From positions 1 through 16,281 of the forward strand of contig DATGZA010000081.1 in assembly GCA_035297365.1 (NCBI GenBank): DNA of 16,281 bases, written 5' to 3'. The notes under the pieces are model-generated. The model did not search any database, was not told the DNA's origin, and was given only the letters and a program-made list of their open reading frames with translations. Positions 1 through 8,824 of the stretch are shown piece by piece. The DNA is from Nitrososphaeraceae archaeon. Lineage in GTDB: Archaea; Thermoproteota; Nitrososphaeria; Nitrososphaerales; Nitrososphaeraceae. Made by a program: the position numbers and the translations under genes. Position 1 is the first letter of the stretch, and every line of letters begins with the position of its first letter.

Positions 1-82
1 GTTGTCTTTGCTGCTGTACTAGTTGCGTTTGTTGTAGGTAGTACCGTTGTTGTTGTCTTTGCTGCTGTACTAGTTGCGTTTG
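1..82. repeat. 51-bp-period coding tandem repeat (17-aa unit NATSTAAKTTTTVLPTT), truncated by the window edge
   Basis: gttgtctttgctgctgtactagttgcgtttg is identical at 1-31 and 52-82. Confidence 0.9.
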
Positions 83-908
83 ATACATTACTGGATATCG
101 AATATTTTGTTAAATCCAACAAATTTTCATCTTTAGTTCCTTCTTCACCTTTTATACCTTCTAAATTAGAACTTTGGTTAGAGTCAGTTCCGTTATCCCC
201 AAAATTCAAATATATTATTTGTCCATTGGAATCATAGTTATTATGCTTATATATATTGTTGATCTCCTGATTTGTTACCCCTCTAGACCATACTCTTACT
301 TCGTCAATTCTTCCGTCAAAGAATTTATCTTTATTCAAAGAATTGGCACCAATTCTTAATGGTTGGTCACCATTAATATCAGGTTCCTCATTTACAATCA
401 ATGAATTAATATCTTTGTTATCAATATTTGAAAGCAAAACTGAACCATTGTATCCCAGGATAACAAAATGCCATTTGCCATCATTATATTTTTCATCTGA
501 AACTACTTGAAAATCATCACCAGAGTCAGTCTCGAATCCGCCAGTTAAGGTACCATCTGGTGAAAGCCATATCCCATAATTCATATTTTCACCTTTATTA
601 TCACTATTGAAGCCACCTTTATTCACAATGTGGGCAGGATTATCAAAATCCGTTTGATTGGTATTGAACCAAGCGGATAGGGTAAATTCTTTTAGTAAAA
701 GTTTATCCTCATGATCAACATCATAAAATTCTTCATCACCGGTATCAAATGATGGTCCAAATTTGTATAAATAATTGTTATCATCAACAATTTCAGATAT
801 AGTAATATTTTTTTGTTGAGCATATATAGTAATAAATAAAGATGAAAATATGAATGAAGCCAATAAGTAATAATTAATTTTCTTAAATATGCCACTTGTG
901 TTAAACAT
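1..908 (-). CDS. LamG/concanavalin A-like domain secreted protein with a Thr-rich repeat linker (3' end lies outside the window)
   Basis: Manual translation is open from ATG 908 to the window edge: MFNTSGIFKKINYYLLASFIFSSLFITIYAQQ (signal-like), EFTLSAWFNT, IVNKGG, NYGIWLS, YNDGKWHFVILGYNG, PLRIGANS, FFDGRIDEVRVWSRGVT (LamG motifs), then NATSTAAKTTTTVLPTT repeats. Confidence 0.9.
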   Translation of the reverse strand, partial: MFNTSGIFKKINYYLLASFIFSSLFITIYAQQKNITISEIVDDNNYLYKFGPSFDTGDEEFYDVDHEDKLLLKEFTLSAWFNTNQTDFDNPAHIVNKGGFNSDNKGENMNYGIWLSPDGTLTGGFETDSGDDFQVVSDEKYNDGKWHFVILGYNGSVLLSNIDNKDINSLIVNEEPDINGDQPLRIGANSLNKDKFFDGRIDEVRVWSRGVTNQEINNIYKHNNYDSNGQIIYLNFGDNGTDSNQSSNLEGIKGEEGTKDENLLDLTKYSISSNVSNATSTAAKTTTTVLPTTNATSTAAKT

Positions 909-1173
909 GAATAGGTAAACTATTACTTGAATATACTAAATAAAAATATTGCTGCTATTCTTCTACTTGAACTATAGAGAGCTCTTAAATAGAATTTTAA
1001 AATAATACAAAAAAATGATCCCAAAAACCTGGTATAAAAACTTGACAGTATATTTTTATATAATTAACTTTGTAAAAAAGATCTAGAAAATAACTCAATT
1101 CAAATGAAATTTAACTAATATTTAAAAATAAAATAGAATATGTTCTTTTTTAAAGTTAAAATAAATATTCTCT

Positions 1174-2141
1174 TCATCTTAAACTGTAGTATACTGCTTC
1201 AACAAAATCAGTAGGTGTAATAAACTTTGTCCATAAATTAAGTCATATTTTTTCGTAGGCTTAGAATCTATTATTTCTGTGAGAGAAAAGCCTGAATTAA
1301 TCATTGAGAGGATATTCCTCCTAACGTCTTCCAACATGAAAAGATAATTCTTAATATCATTAATGTTTGAAATATTCCCATGTCCTGGAATAATTTCTGT
1401 TTTATCGTTAAATAGAGGAATTACTCGTTTTACAGCATCAATTATACCATCAATCGAACCATTACTTGAAATATCAATAAATAGATACCTATTGTAAACA
1501 TAAACGTCTCCAATATGTATTACATTATTTTTGATAAAATGGATTATAGAATCTCCATCTGTATGTGCATTTGGTACATGAAAAATATTTACGATTTCGT
1601 CGTTAATGTGAAAAGTGATTGAATCCTTGTAGGTAATTAAAGGTAAACCCTCATTCGGATAAGGATCGATTTTCCTATCAAGAAATTTTATGAATTGTAC
1701 AGATGTTAAGTGTTCTCTTACTTTTTCATGTGCCACTATTTCAGACCCTAATTTTCCAAAATTTATATTCCCATCTGTGTAATCAGGATGCCAATGAGTA
1801 TTAACTACAAATTTTACAGAATCGTTTGTTAATTTTTTCAGGGAATATAAAATTTTATCAGTAAGTGAAGAAAACTGATCATCGATCAATAGAACACCAT
1901 CCGATCCTAATAATAGTCCAACATTTCCTCCTTTGCCAGTAAGAGTAAATACATTATCAGTAATGGAGATATTATTGATCTCAACATGATCATATTTTTG
2001 AGAAAATGCGTTGTCAGAATTGAAAATAAAAAAAAGAGATAAGACAGAAAAGGAAATAGAAACGAAAAAAACCCTTTTCTTGAAAATTGGATAGTTAATA
2101 TTAATAACAACGGGAAGATAGTCGAAAAATGACCATTTCAT
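1174..2141 (-). CDS. MBL-fold metallo-hydrolase (cyclase-like) with signal peptide; probably degenerate
   Basis: Motifs GGNVG, LLIDDQF, VVNTHWHPDYTDGN, AHTDGDS, HIGD, IIPGHG. The HxHxDH motif reads HWHPDY. The expected C-terminus (FITPTDFVEAVYYSLR*, stop 1174-1176) is in another frame after the A3 run at 1222-1224. The ORF as written stops at 1179. Confidence 0.85.
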
Positions 2142-2217
2142 AAAAATGTAATATTGAAAAACGATATAAGTTTGATTGGATTTAGTCTTATTTTTTGTAT
2201 GTTGCCACCAAAAATTT

Positions 2218-2712
2218 TTATTTAATCTTATTTTTAAGGTTTAGTATTTCGGAGTTATGATTTTTGAAAATAAATTTCTTATTGAAGATATAATTAATCA
2301 AAGAAGCTATTATTATGGCAAAAATGACTGTCTTACCATAATCCATTCCTACTGTTCCGAATCCATAGACCATTAATAATTGCATAAGTATGCCTACAGA
2401 ATTAAAAAGGAAATATTTTAGATATTGTTTTGTAATAATTTGAATTTCTATACTATTATCTTGAAATGTCCAAAATTTATTTAACAGAAAATTTGAAGAT
2501 AGAGAAACTAAAATCCCAAATATACTTGAATAAAGGTGCGTAAATCCAAATACTGCAAACATGCAATATGAAATCAAATAATTAATTACCAGTCCAGTAG
2601 CTCCTACTAGATAAAATTTGAAAAACTCGTTTTTATGATCATATAATATTTTAGATAAATTGAATAAGAACCTGCTAGAAGATTTTTCCTTTAATTTTTT
2701 ATGGTTTTTCAA
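2218..2712 (-). CDS. GtrA family membrane protein
   Basis: Four hydrophobic helices with FFKFYLVGATGLVINY, SNFLLNKFWTF and INYIFNKKFIF, typical of GtrA. TTG start is uncertain. Confidence 0.88.
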   Translation of the reverse strand: MKNHKKLKEKSSSRFLFNLSKILYDHKNEFFKFYLVGATGLVINYLISYCMFAVFGFTHLYSSIFGILVSLSSNFLLNKFWTFQDNSIEIQIITKQYLKYFLFNSVGILMQLLMVYGFGTVGMDYGKTVIFAIIIASLINYIFNKKFIFKNHNSEILNLKNKIK

Positions 2713-3165
2713 TTAAAATATATTGTTTTTCATTTTGTAACATTTATACTTTTTCCAAATACTGCAGATTATCTATAATAAATGGTGTCATATTATCTCA
2801 TCTAACGTTGTACAAGATTATTAGAATAAAAATTTTCACCGTATTCAATAAATCCACATTAAATACATATGCAGGTAGCTTCTTTATCCCTATAACTCAG
2901 ACTTTTTTAGTTAATTGAAAAAAATGTATCGTCCATAGTTCATAAATAAGAATAATGATTTTGGTTTGTTCTTGATATCCAAGATTATAACCTACAATAC
3001 AAAATTGTAATAAATAGCATGAAAAGATTTCTTTAATGTTGATGCCATATTATCTTTAAAATGCTTTTAATTATCATGAGCTTGCAATGTCTTGATAGTC
3101 AACCTGTTTTTTTAATTCAAATCAAAATTTTTGAATAGAATTTGGTATTCTTGCGAAATTGAACC

Positions 3166-3209
3166 AAAAATAATACGCTATACTAAAAAAATAATACGCT
3201 ATACTAAAA
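3166..3209. repeat. 21-bp perfect tandem duplication in intergenic DNA
   Basis: aaaaataatacgctatactaa at 3166-3186 and 3187-3207. Confidence 0.9.
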
Positions 3210-3414
3210 TCAAAATACAATAATTAACCCATATTTCTGATAATGCATTAAAAGAGAAATTTGGAGGTATAGTCTGATTTCTATTATTTTTCTTGAACTA
3301 TTTTATTCTATTTTTTTATTTATTATAAATATTTGGATAAATCGACTATAAATTTATAGTGTTTTCACAAATAGTTTCATTTTAATATTAGTTTAAATAA
3401 AATATGTTATAAGT

Positions 3415-3633
3415 ATGAAATTCTTCTCACTGAAGAAAAATAATTGTAACGACTGTAACGAGAAATTTAACAGCCAAGATGATCTTGCCAAACATGTTAA
3501 AGAAGTTCATAAACACAATGTTAGGAAATGTCAAAAGTGTGGAAAGATATTTTTAAATGAGAAAGAAAGACTTCACCACATAAAGGAAGAAAAACAAAAA
3601 GAGATAGAGTACAGGAGACATAAACATTTGTAA
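3415..3633 (+). CDS. C2H2-type zinc-finger protein (72 aa)
   Basis: CNDCNEKFNSQDDLAKHVKEVH fits C-x2-C-x3-F-x5-L-x2-H-x4-H. A second, imperfect finger follows (CQKCGKIFLNEKERLHH). Confidence 0.88.
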   Translation: MKFFSLKKNNCNDCNEKFNSQDDLAKHVKEVHKHNVRKCQKCGKIFLNEKERLHHIKEEKQKEIEYRRHKHL

Positions 3634-4085
3634 TATTCTATTTAATTATCTTTTGCACAGAAAAATTTAGTCTCTGAGTAGAAACTAAAGTTTTAAAACA
3701 TAATTAAAATAATAAAATGAGTACAGGTATGAGCAAGTTTAATTGAGGTTTTATTAAAAATAGCTTGAACATAATTTCACACTAAGGAAAATACAAGATA
3801 GAGAAAACCAAGTTTAAAAATTGATTGAAAGTAAATAGTACAGTCTAATTGATTTTATAATATTGAATACTCCTATATTTCTTTATGATTCATTGGTAAA
3901 TTGATATAAAAAATTACAAGTTGGAAAGGCAGACAGAGACAAAATTATTTAGGTACAATACATACCAATCACCCAGAGTATGAAAGAAAGATAAATTAGT
4001 ATCAAAAGAATTATTGTTAGGACAGGATTTTATGTTATTCTCGATATAGAGTTAATTCATATTATCAAATCTCCATGTTAACCCT

Positions 4086-4328
4086 GTGAAAAAAATATTA
4101 ATTACCGGTCCAAAACAATTATTACATCAATTAGAAAATAAATTAAGAAGAAATTTTGAGATAGAATTATTTTTTGAGGATAACACTATTTGCAAAATAG
4201 AGGCTAAAAAAAATAATCAAATGATAGTAATTTGTAGTTTTTCGTCTGATGAAAAAATCAATAATATTCTAACAATGTTTGAAGTTAATTATCAGATAAA
4301 AATCGGACAAAAACGATTGAGAAAATAG
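4086..4328 (+). CDS. Hypothetical protein (80 aa)
   Basis: GTG-started ORF with globular-looking composition (KKILITGP...); no recognised family. Confidence 0.65.
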   Translation: MKKILITGPKQLLHQLENKLRRNFEIELFFEDNTICKIEAKKNNQMIVICSFSSDEKINNILTMFEVNYQIKIGQKRLRK

Positions 4329-4340
4329 GAGTCTTATAAT

Positions 4341-4529
4341 ATTGTTACCATCTTCTCCTGTATCATCAGGATGTTTGGAGAATATGTTATTGCTATCTGG
4401 TATCAGAACATGGTAAAGGAGATGATATTGAAAACATCGCCGTATAACGTGTTTCAAACTATAGCTGTGACATAATTATCAATTACATGAGAATAAGAAA
4501 GGTTGACTAAACGAGTTATGCAAGAGCGC
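4341..4529 (+). mobile_element. IS5-family transposase 3' remnant, copy 1, with possible degenerate terminal inverted repeat
   Basis: 4341-4475 translates IVTIFSCIIRMFGEYVIAIWYQNMVKEMILKTSPYNVFQTIAVT*. This resembles the archaeal IS5 C-terminal pattern as I recall it (ETVFSxIKRMFGExV...NMVKEMxLKxxLYN), with the catalytic E lost. AGTTATGCAAGAGCGC at 4514-4529 resembles an IS903-like end. Confidence 0.75.
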
Positions 4530-4684
4530 TACAAACCAGAAATTTTTTTGATCATTTGTAGATAAGAAATTATGAAGTTATTTAAATGAGTTTTATTATA
4601 CGAGAAAAAAATAATTTAGATTCCGTAATGTCACTTTGGCTTTTTATCTTTATATAAAAGTAATATATTGACTATTTCTTATGT

Positions 4685-5779
4685 TCAAGCATTAATATTC
4701 TTTATCTGAAAACGTTCTTGGTATTCATCATATCCAAGGTCATCCATAGTTAACACTTGAAATCCATTCTCATATAAATATTCTATTTCTAGCTCAAATA
4801 GTTCTGGTGATGTAGAAACTGAATCATCAGTTTTTATTTCGTGGTATCCAATAATTGGAATAGCATTAATAGCACCTTGTTTATTAAAAAGACTTTGATC
4901 GTTAACTACTTGCACAAATTTATCAAATAGTAATTGTGAAACTTCTGGGCTATGAGGTTCTTCTTTGAACTTTTCGTTAATTCTAGAATGTTCTCTATCA
5001 TGTGACCATTCTTTTATTCCAAACTTATTTGTAGGAGTCACGCTTCCGTCAGAAAAATATGGGTTACAGTTAGTTGTTCCATAATAATTTTTTTCATCGT
5101 AACCAAAATTTTCCCATCCATCACAATTAAGAAACATCAATTCAGAGTGTCCTGTAAATGCTAAATCAAAATATTTACTAATAGTATCTACAATTACTGG
5201 ATCATCTCCGCCTTTATTGTAAGGAGCTTGAAATACAGTGGGACTAAAACCATGTTCTTCTAAACATTCTTTCCCTCCATTAACAATAGAGGCGATTTCA
5301 TCATATGACTGGACATCAGTAAGTCTTTTATGCTCCGATCCATGAGATTGAATATCATATCCATCAAGATATAATTGTCGAACTTCATCCCAATTCATAC
5401 CTTTGGCACTTTCAATATAATCGCAGGCTATGAAAATACTAGCTTTGAAACCATATTTATCCAGAATTGGTTTTGCTGTTGTGATTATGTTTTTATATCC
5501 TCTATCAAACATTAACACTACGTATTTGTCATAATTCTTTTCCTTCTCCGCACTTGAATTTCTGTCGTCCACAAATAGCTTCGTTTCGGAGTTGTCCATG
5601 TAATAGTTATTTCTAAAAAGTGATTCAAGACTTAACCCCTCCCCATAGACAATATTTGAGGATACAGGATTGTCATGAATTAGAACAGCAGAAGCAATGT
5701 TTGAAGATATCAAATTTCCATTAATTACTATTAATAATCCTACAAATAGTCCGATAACTAAATTGACAGATATTTTCAT
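4685..5779 (-). CDS. Secreted polysaccharide deacetylase family protein (CE4/NodB-like)
   Basis: Motifs VVLMFDRG, AKPILDKYGFKASIFI, MNWDEVRQL, YDIQSHGSEH, FQAPY, IPIIGYHEI, SPELFELEIEYLYENGFQVLTMDDL. I prefer ATG 5779 over the track's 5845 start because a signal peptide follows it and a TATA-like box precedes it. Confidence 0.9.
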   Translation of the reverse strand: MKISVNLVIGLFVGLLIVINGNLISSNIASAVLIHDNPVSSNIVYGEGLSLESLFRNNYYMDNSETKLFVDDRNSSAEKEKNYDKYVVLMFDRGYKNIITTAKPILDKYGFKASIFIACDYIESAKGMNWDEVRQLYLDGYDIQSHGSEHKRLTDVQSYDEIASIVNGGKECLEEHGFSPTVFQAPYNKGGDDPVIVDTISKYFDLAFTGHSELMFLNCDGWENFGYDEKNYYGTTNCNPYFSDGSVTPTNKFGIKEWSHDREHSRINEKFKEEPHSPEVSQLLFDKFVQVVNDQSLFNKQGAINAIPIIGYHEIKTDDSVSTSPELFELEIEYLYENGFQVLTMDDLGYDEYQERFQIKNINA

Positions 5780-5799
5780 ATAATACAATTCGTAATTAA

Positions 5800-5806
5800 T
5801 TTTATA
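5800..5806 (-). promoter_or_regulatory. Putative archaeal TATA box for the deacetylase gene
   Basis: TATAAAA on the minus strand, 21-27 nt upstream of ATG 5779. The AT-rich background weakens this. Confidence 0.4.
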
Positions 5807-5948
5807 TGGAATACGAAGAAATATTAAATAAAAATCGAGAAGCAAAAGAAAAGAAAAAAAAATCTATACTTTGTATCCTTATTCAAAAATCAGTATTTCA
5901 TATACAAAAGTTTATTAAGAATATGCTTAAAATATTGTATAAATTAAT

Positions 5949-6102
5949 GGTATATCGCACAACTTAGATAATCTTTTTTTATTACAATTCAACATTGAAT
6001 CATTTGATAATTATTGTGTGAAATACGTTATACGGCGATGTTTTCAATATCATCTCCTTTACCATGTTCTGATACCAGATAGCAATAACATATTCTCCAA
6101 AC
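5949..6102 (-). mobile_element. IS5-family transposase 3' remnant, copy 2 (inverted)
   Basis: Minus strand reads FGEYVIAIWYQNMVKEMILKTSPYNVFHTIIIK* (stop 6000-6002). It is followed by AGTTGTGCGATATACC (5964-5949), at similar spacing to the putative end of copy 1. Confidence 0.72.
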
Positions 6103-6105
6103 TAT

Positions 6106-6748
6106 AGTTTGAATCGTTTGATGAGTCCTTGATCTTCTAACAATACTATTCATTCAACTATTAGATTGTATAATTTGTTGCAATATCAACAGAGAGTCCA
6201 TATGAAAAGCATACTGAATAATATAATTTTGTAAAAAACGACTAAAGAGCACCATCAGATCCTAATATCGATGGGATTGTCGTTATTACTATAATTATTA
6301 CTATAAATTAGCTTATACTTCCCCAATGGACACTGGTAAAGGAAATAGCTCAGAGAAGGATTTTAGAGACTCTTATCATCCATTGTTAGATAAAAATTGA
6401 GTTGGTCTTCTGCAGGAACATAACCACAACTACCAACAGTACTATCCAATAAACTATAACAACTAAGATTTAGAGAATGTAATAATATCAGATATAAACA
6501 ATAACGACTATCATTATTCAGATTGCCAAATATTTGCTACAGTAAGCACTGGAGGGACGAGACTTTATCTTTTTACTACACAAGCTTCTTTCGTAGTAAA
6601 TCAATATTTATGAGATGGTTTCTTGATCGTAGACAGGACGGAGAAGGAAACAACACTCAGCATTAAGTTCTATGCTAACGATGCAAACATAATAGACCAA
6701 TTCACCATTACAAAGTCAAATAAGGCTATTAGGGAATACTCTGATTAG
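6106..6748 (+). pseudogene. Calcineurin-like metallophosphoesterase (purple acid phosphatase type), 5'-truncated pseudogene
   Basis: Reading through stops gives QYYSFNY*IV*FVAISTESPYEKHTE*YNFVKND*RAPSDPNIDGIVV, then after a frameshift YKLAYTSP...FRDSYHPLLDKN*VGLLQEHNHNYQQYYPI...IFATVSTGG...VVNQYL*DGFLIVD...KFYANDANIIDQFTITKS. EHNHNY is a decayed GHxHxY motif. Confidence 0.85.
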
Positions 6749-7658
6749 AGTTAATAAACGATTAAAGGAAATAGAAATGAATAGAGATAGGCTATTCTAT
6801 TAAGTCATCTCTTTGCACAAACAATATTTAAGTTTCTGATATTTAATAAAGATAGGTCTAATAGTGATAAATTAACTGGCTTTTTTGCACTTGCCTGAAT
6901 TGTGTGAGATCATAAAAAGAACAGCAGCAATGGAAATATTTTAATTATGCTTTAACTAAACTTTGCATACATCCTTAACCTAGATGAATTTGAGGAAAAA
7001 GATTGGGTCATGAATCCTGGATTCTATTTAATGATCAAATTCATCAGAAATTGACGATCATCAATTAAAGTAATATAGTCTTTCTATTCCTTCCTTGCAT
7101 CAGTTGGCACAATACTCTAAATACATCGAAGTGATTAGGGAATTCCCTTTTTTAATGAATATAATAATGCAAAGGCTTGAATCTCCTCGATGCTTTAGAA
7201 GGAACTTAGTCACTGCTTTTGAAATATATGAAACCGGGAGTCAGGTAGGTCGCAGCCGCGCATATATTGATTCTTCTTAAACCGGCTGACAAACAAGTAC
7301 TCTTTATCTGTATCCCGGATAAAATATAATGCTACCATAAAATTTGTCAATTCGGTGATTTTCAACTATAGATGATCTTTAGTAACATTCATGGTGGTGC
7401 ATGGTATGGACAAGCTTGTATAGTTCACATCTAAAACAAAAGTTATATTCGCTTTCTAAAATTTACCACGCATAGAACATAATGCAAGACCTTAAAGATT
7501 GAACTGACTTTTGACAATCACGATCTTCCAAAAAAAAAAGAATTATGATCTGTCGCATATATACTACAGGTTAAATTGGTTGCCTATTAATTCATTTTCA
7601 TTCAATTATATACTGACGATAACTAAACCAGTTGAATTATTTATTAATAGAACTTTCG

Positions 7659-8165
7659 TCACAATTTACACAATGAACTTTGTAAAATCTCTATTTGTTG
7701 GTGAATTTTGTTTGCATGGTTCGATTTCAAAATATTTATCTTTTCGTACAATGCAAGATCGGATATAAACTTAGGAATTATATTTTCACAGATGACATTA
7801 TTATTATCTGAATCACCATCTTTTAAAATAAGTTCAGCACTATTCAAATGTCCAAGTAATATCCTTTTAATAGTATCAGCGCTATTATGCATCATTTTCA
7901 TATTTAATATATAATCACTTATCTGTTTGATAATTACATTTGGATCCATTTTTAGTTCCATTATTCCTTTATCATTTTTCGAAAAACTTAAATCACTTGC
8001 TATAAATTTTGAAGTTTTTTCTTCCTTTAATTCATCTAAATAATAGGTTACTGAAAAATATTTTTTCTCTGAGTTGTGATCCGTCTGCGTTGAAAGTTTT
8101 GGAGTAGAAGTTAGAAAGCTAAATATAATAATAACTATTAGGCAAATTATGAAGCTCTTGTTCAA
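7659..8165 (-). CDS. Hypothetical secreted or membrane-anchored protein (168 aa)
   Basis: N-terminal hydrophobic signal (NKSFIICLIVIIIFSFL) followed by a helical-looking hydrophilic domain; TTG start. Confidence 0.7.
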   Translation of the reverse strand: MNKSFIICLIVIIIFSFLTSTPKLSTQTDHNSEKKYFSVTYYLDELKEEKTSKFIASDLSFSKNDKGIMELKMDPNVIIKQISDYILNMKMMHNSADTIKRILLGHLNSAELILKDGDSDNNNVICENIIPKFISDLALYEKINILKSNHANKIHQQIEILQSSLCKL

Positions 8166-8377
8166 ACATAATAATTAATAATGAACCCAGATAAAAATCT
8201 AATAATGATTTATCATTTAAAATAAAGTAACCAATTCCCATTTTATTATTAAAATTAAAATGCATTTAAAGTCTATTTAATTAAAAATAAGAAAAGTGAA
8301 GAGCTACTAGTTATTTTATTTTATATAGAAATTAGTATTTTTATTCTTGATGATCTTAATTGATGATTAATTGCAAA

Positions 8378-8824
8378 TTAAAATCGTTCACTTACGAAAA
8401 TCATTATTCCAAGGGTAATGGAGAGTAAGGCAAAAAGAAAATATGGAAGAAAATGGAAATTATTAACAAATTGCCTTTTGTTCATTTTTAAGACAATATT
8501 TCTCTTCCTACTTCGAAATACCACTGTGACATAAACAGGAATCGAAAATGTTCCTCCTATTAGTATCGTTTGGCCCCGAGACGAACTAAATAAATTAAAA
8601 AAATCGAAATTAAAAGTTATAAGAGTTAAAAAAATTCCAGAAATTATTGTAATTGTAGAAATAAATATAACAAATCTATGTACCCTAGGCAAAAGAGAAG
8701 AAAATATTCCCCTCTTATTTACTGGACTCAATATAAACACGACAAAAAAAGTAATTCCCCACCATAGTATACCTGAAAGAAAATGAATAAAGGATATCAT
8801 AAAATTGAATGTATCTCCAATCAT
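8378..8824 (-). CDS. Four-helix membrane protein, weakly CopD/DUF2269-like
   Basis: Four hydrophobic segments. FIHFLSGILWWG in TM1 and TIISG in TM2 resemble CopD-superfamily patterns; family assignment is tentative. Confidence 0.75.
   Translation of the reverse strand: MIGDTFNFMISFIHFLSGILWWGITFFVVFILSPVNKRGIFSSLLPRVHRFVIFISTITIISGIFLTLITFNFDFFNLFSSSRGQTILIGGTFSIPVYVTVVFRSRKRNIVLKMNKRQFVNNFHFLPYFLFALLSITLGIMIFVSERF

Larger units (their letters stand above)
4373..6102. repeat. 78-bp perfect inverted repeat pair (4373-4450 and 6025-6102)
   Basis: Compared base by base: the reverse complement of 6025-6102 is identical to 4373-4450. Similarity continues inward for about 13 nt with mismatches. 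Confidence 0.97.

Noticed and set aside
174-895. ORFs 174-359 (+) and 692-895 (-)
   Set aside because: Antisense or off-frame shadows of the LamG gene.
1907-2110. 67-aa minus-strand ORF
   Set aside because: Off-frame overlap within the MBL hydrolase gene.
2760-3110. Possible pseudogene upstream of GtrA (LLQFCIVG resembles a GtrA start)
   Set aside because: The match is too short and no extended homology is visible.
4269-4457. 62-aa minus-strand ORF
   Set aside because: Antisense to the IS5 remnant and the end of the preceding gene.
5780-5845. Longer N-terminus for the deacetylase given in the ORF track
   Set aside because: ATG 5779 has a TATA-like box at the expected distance and is followed directly by the signal peptide.
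4373-6102. Inverted repeats read as the terminal repeats of one transposon, as CRISPR repeats, or as a promoter-inversion switch
   Set aside because: They translate as transposase coding sequence. There is no spacer array, no target-site duplication that I can see and no recombinase, and the promoter would invert together with the gene.
7095-7280. 61-aa plus-strand ORF and a nearby HGGAW motif at about 7389
   Set aside because: No recognisable family; the motif sits in a stop-riddled frame and may be chance.
7511-7914. ORFs 7511-7768 and 7708-7914 (+)
   Set aside because: They overlap antisense to the better supported 7659-8165 gene.
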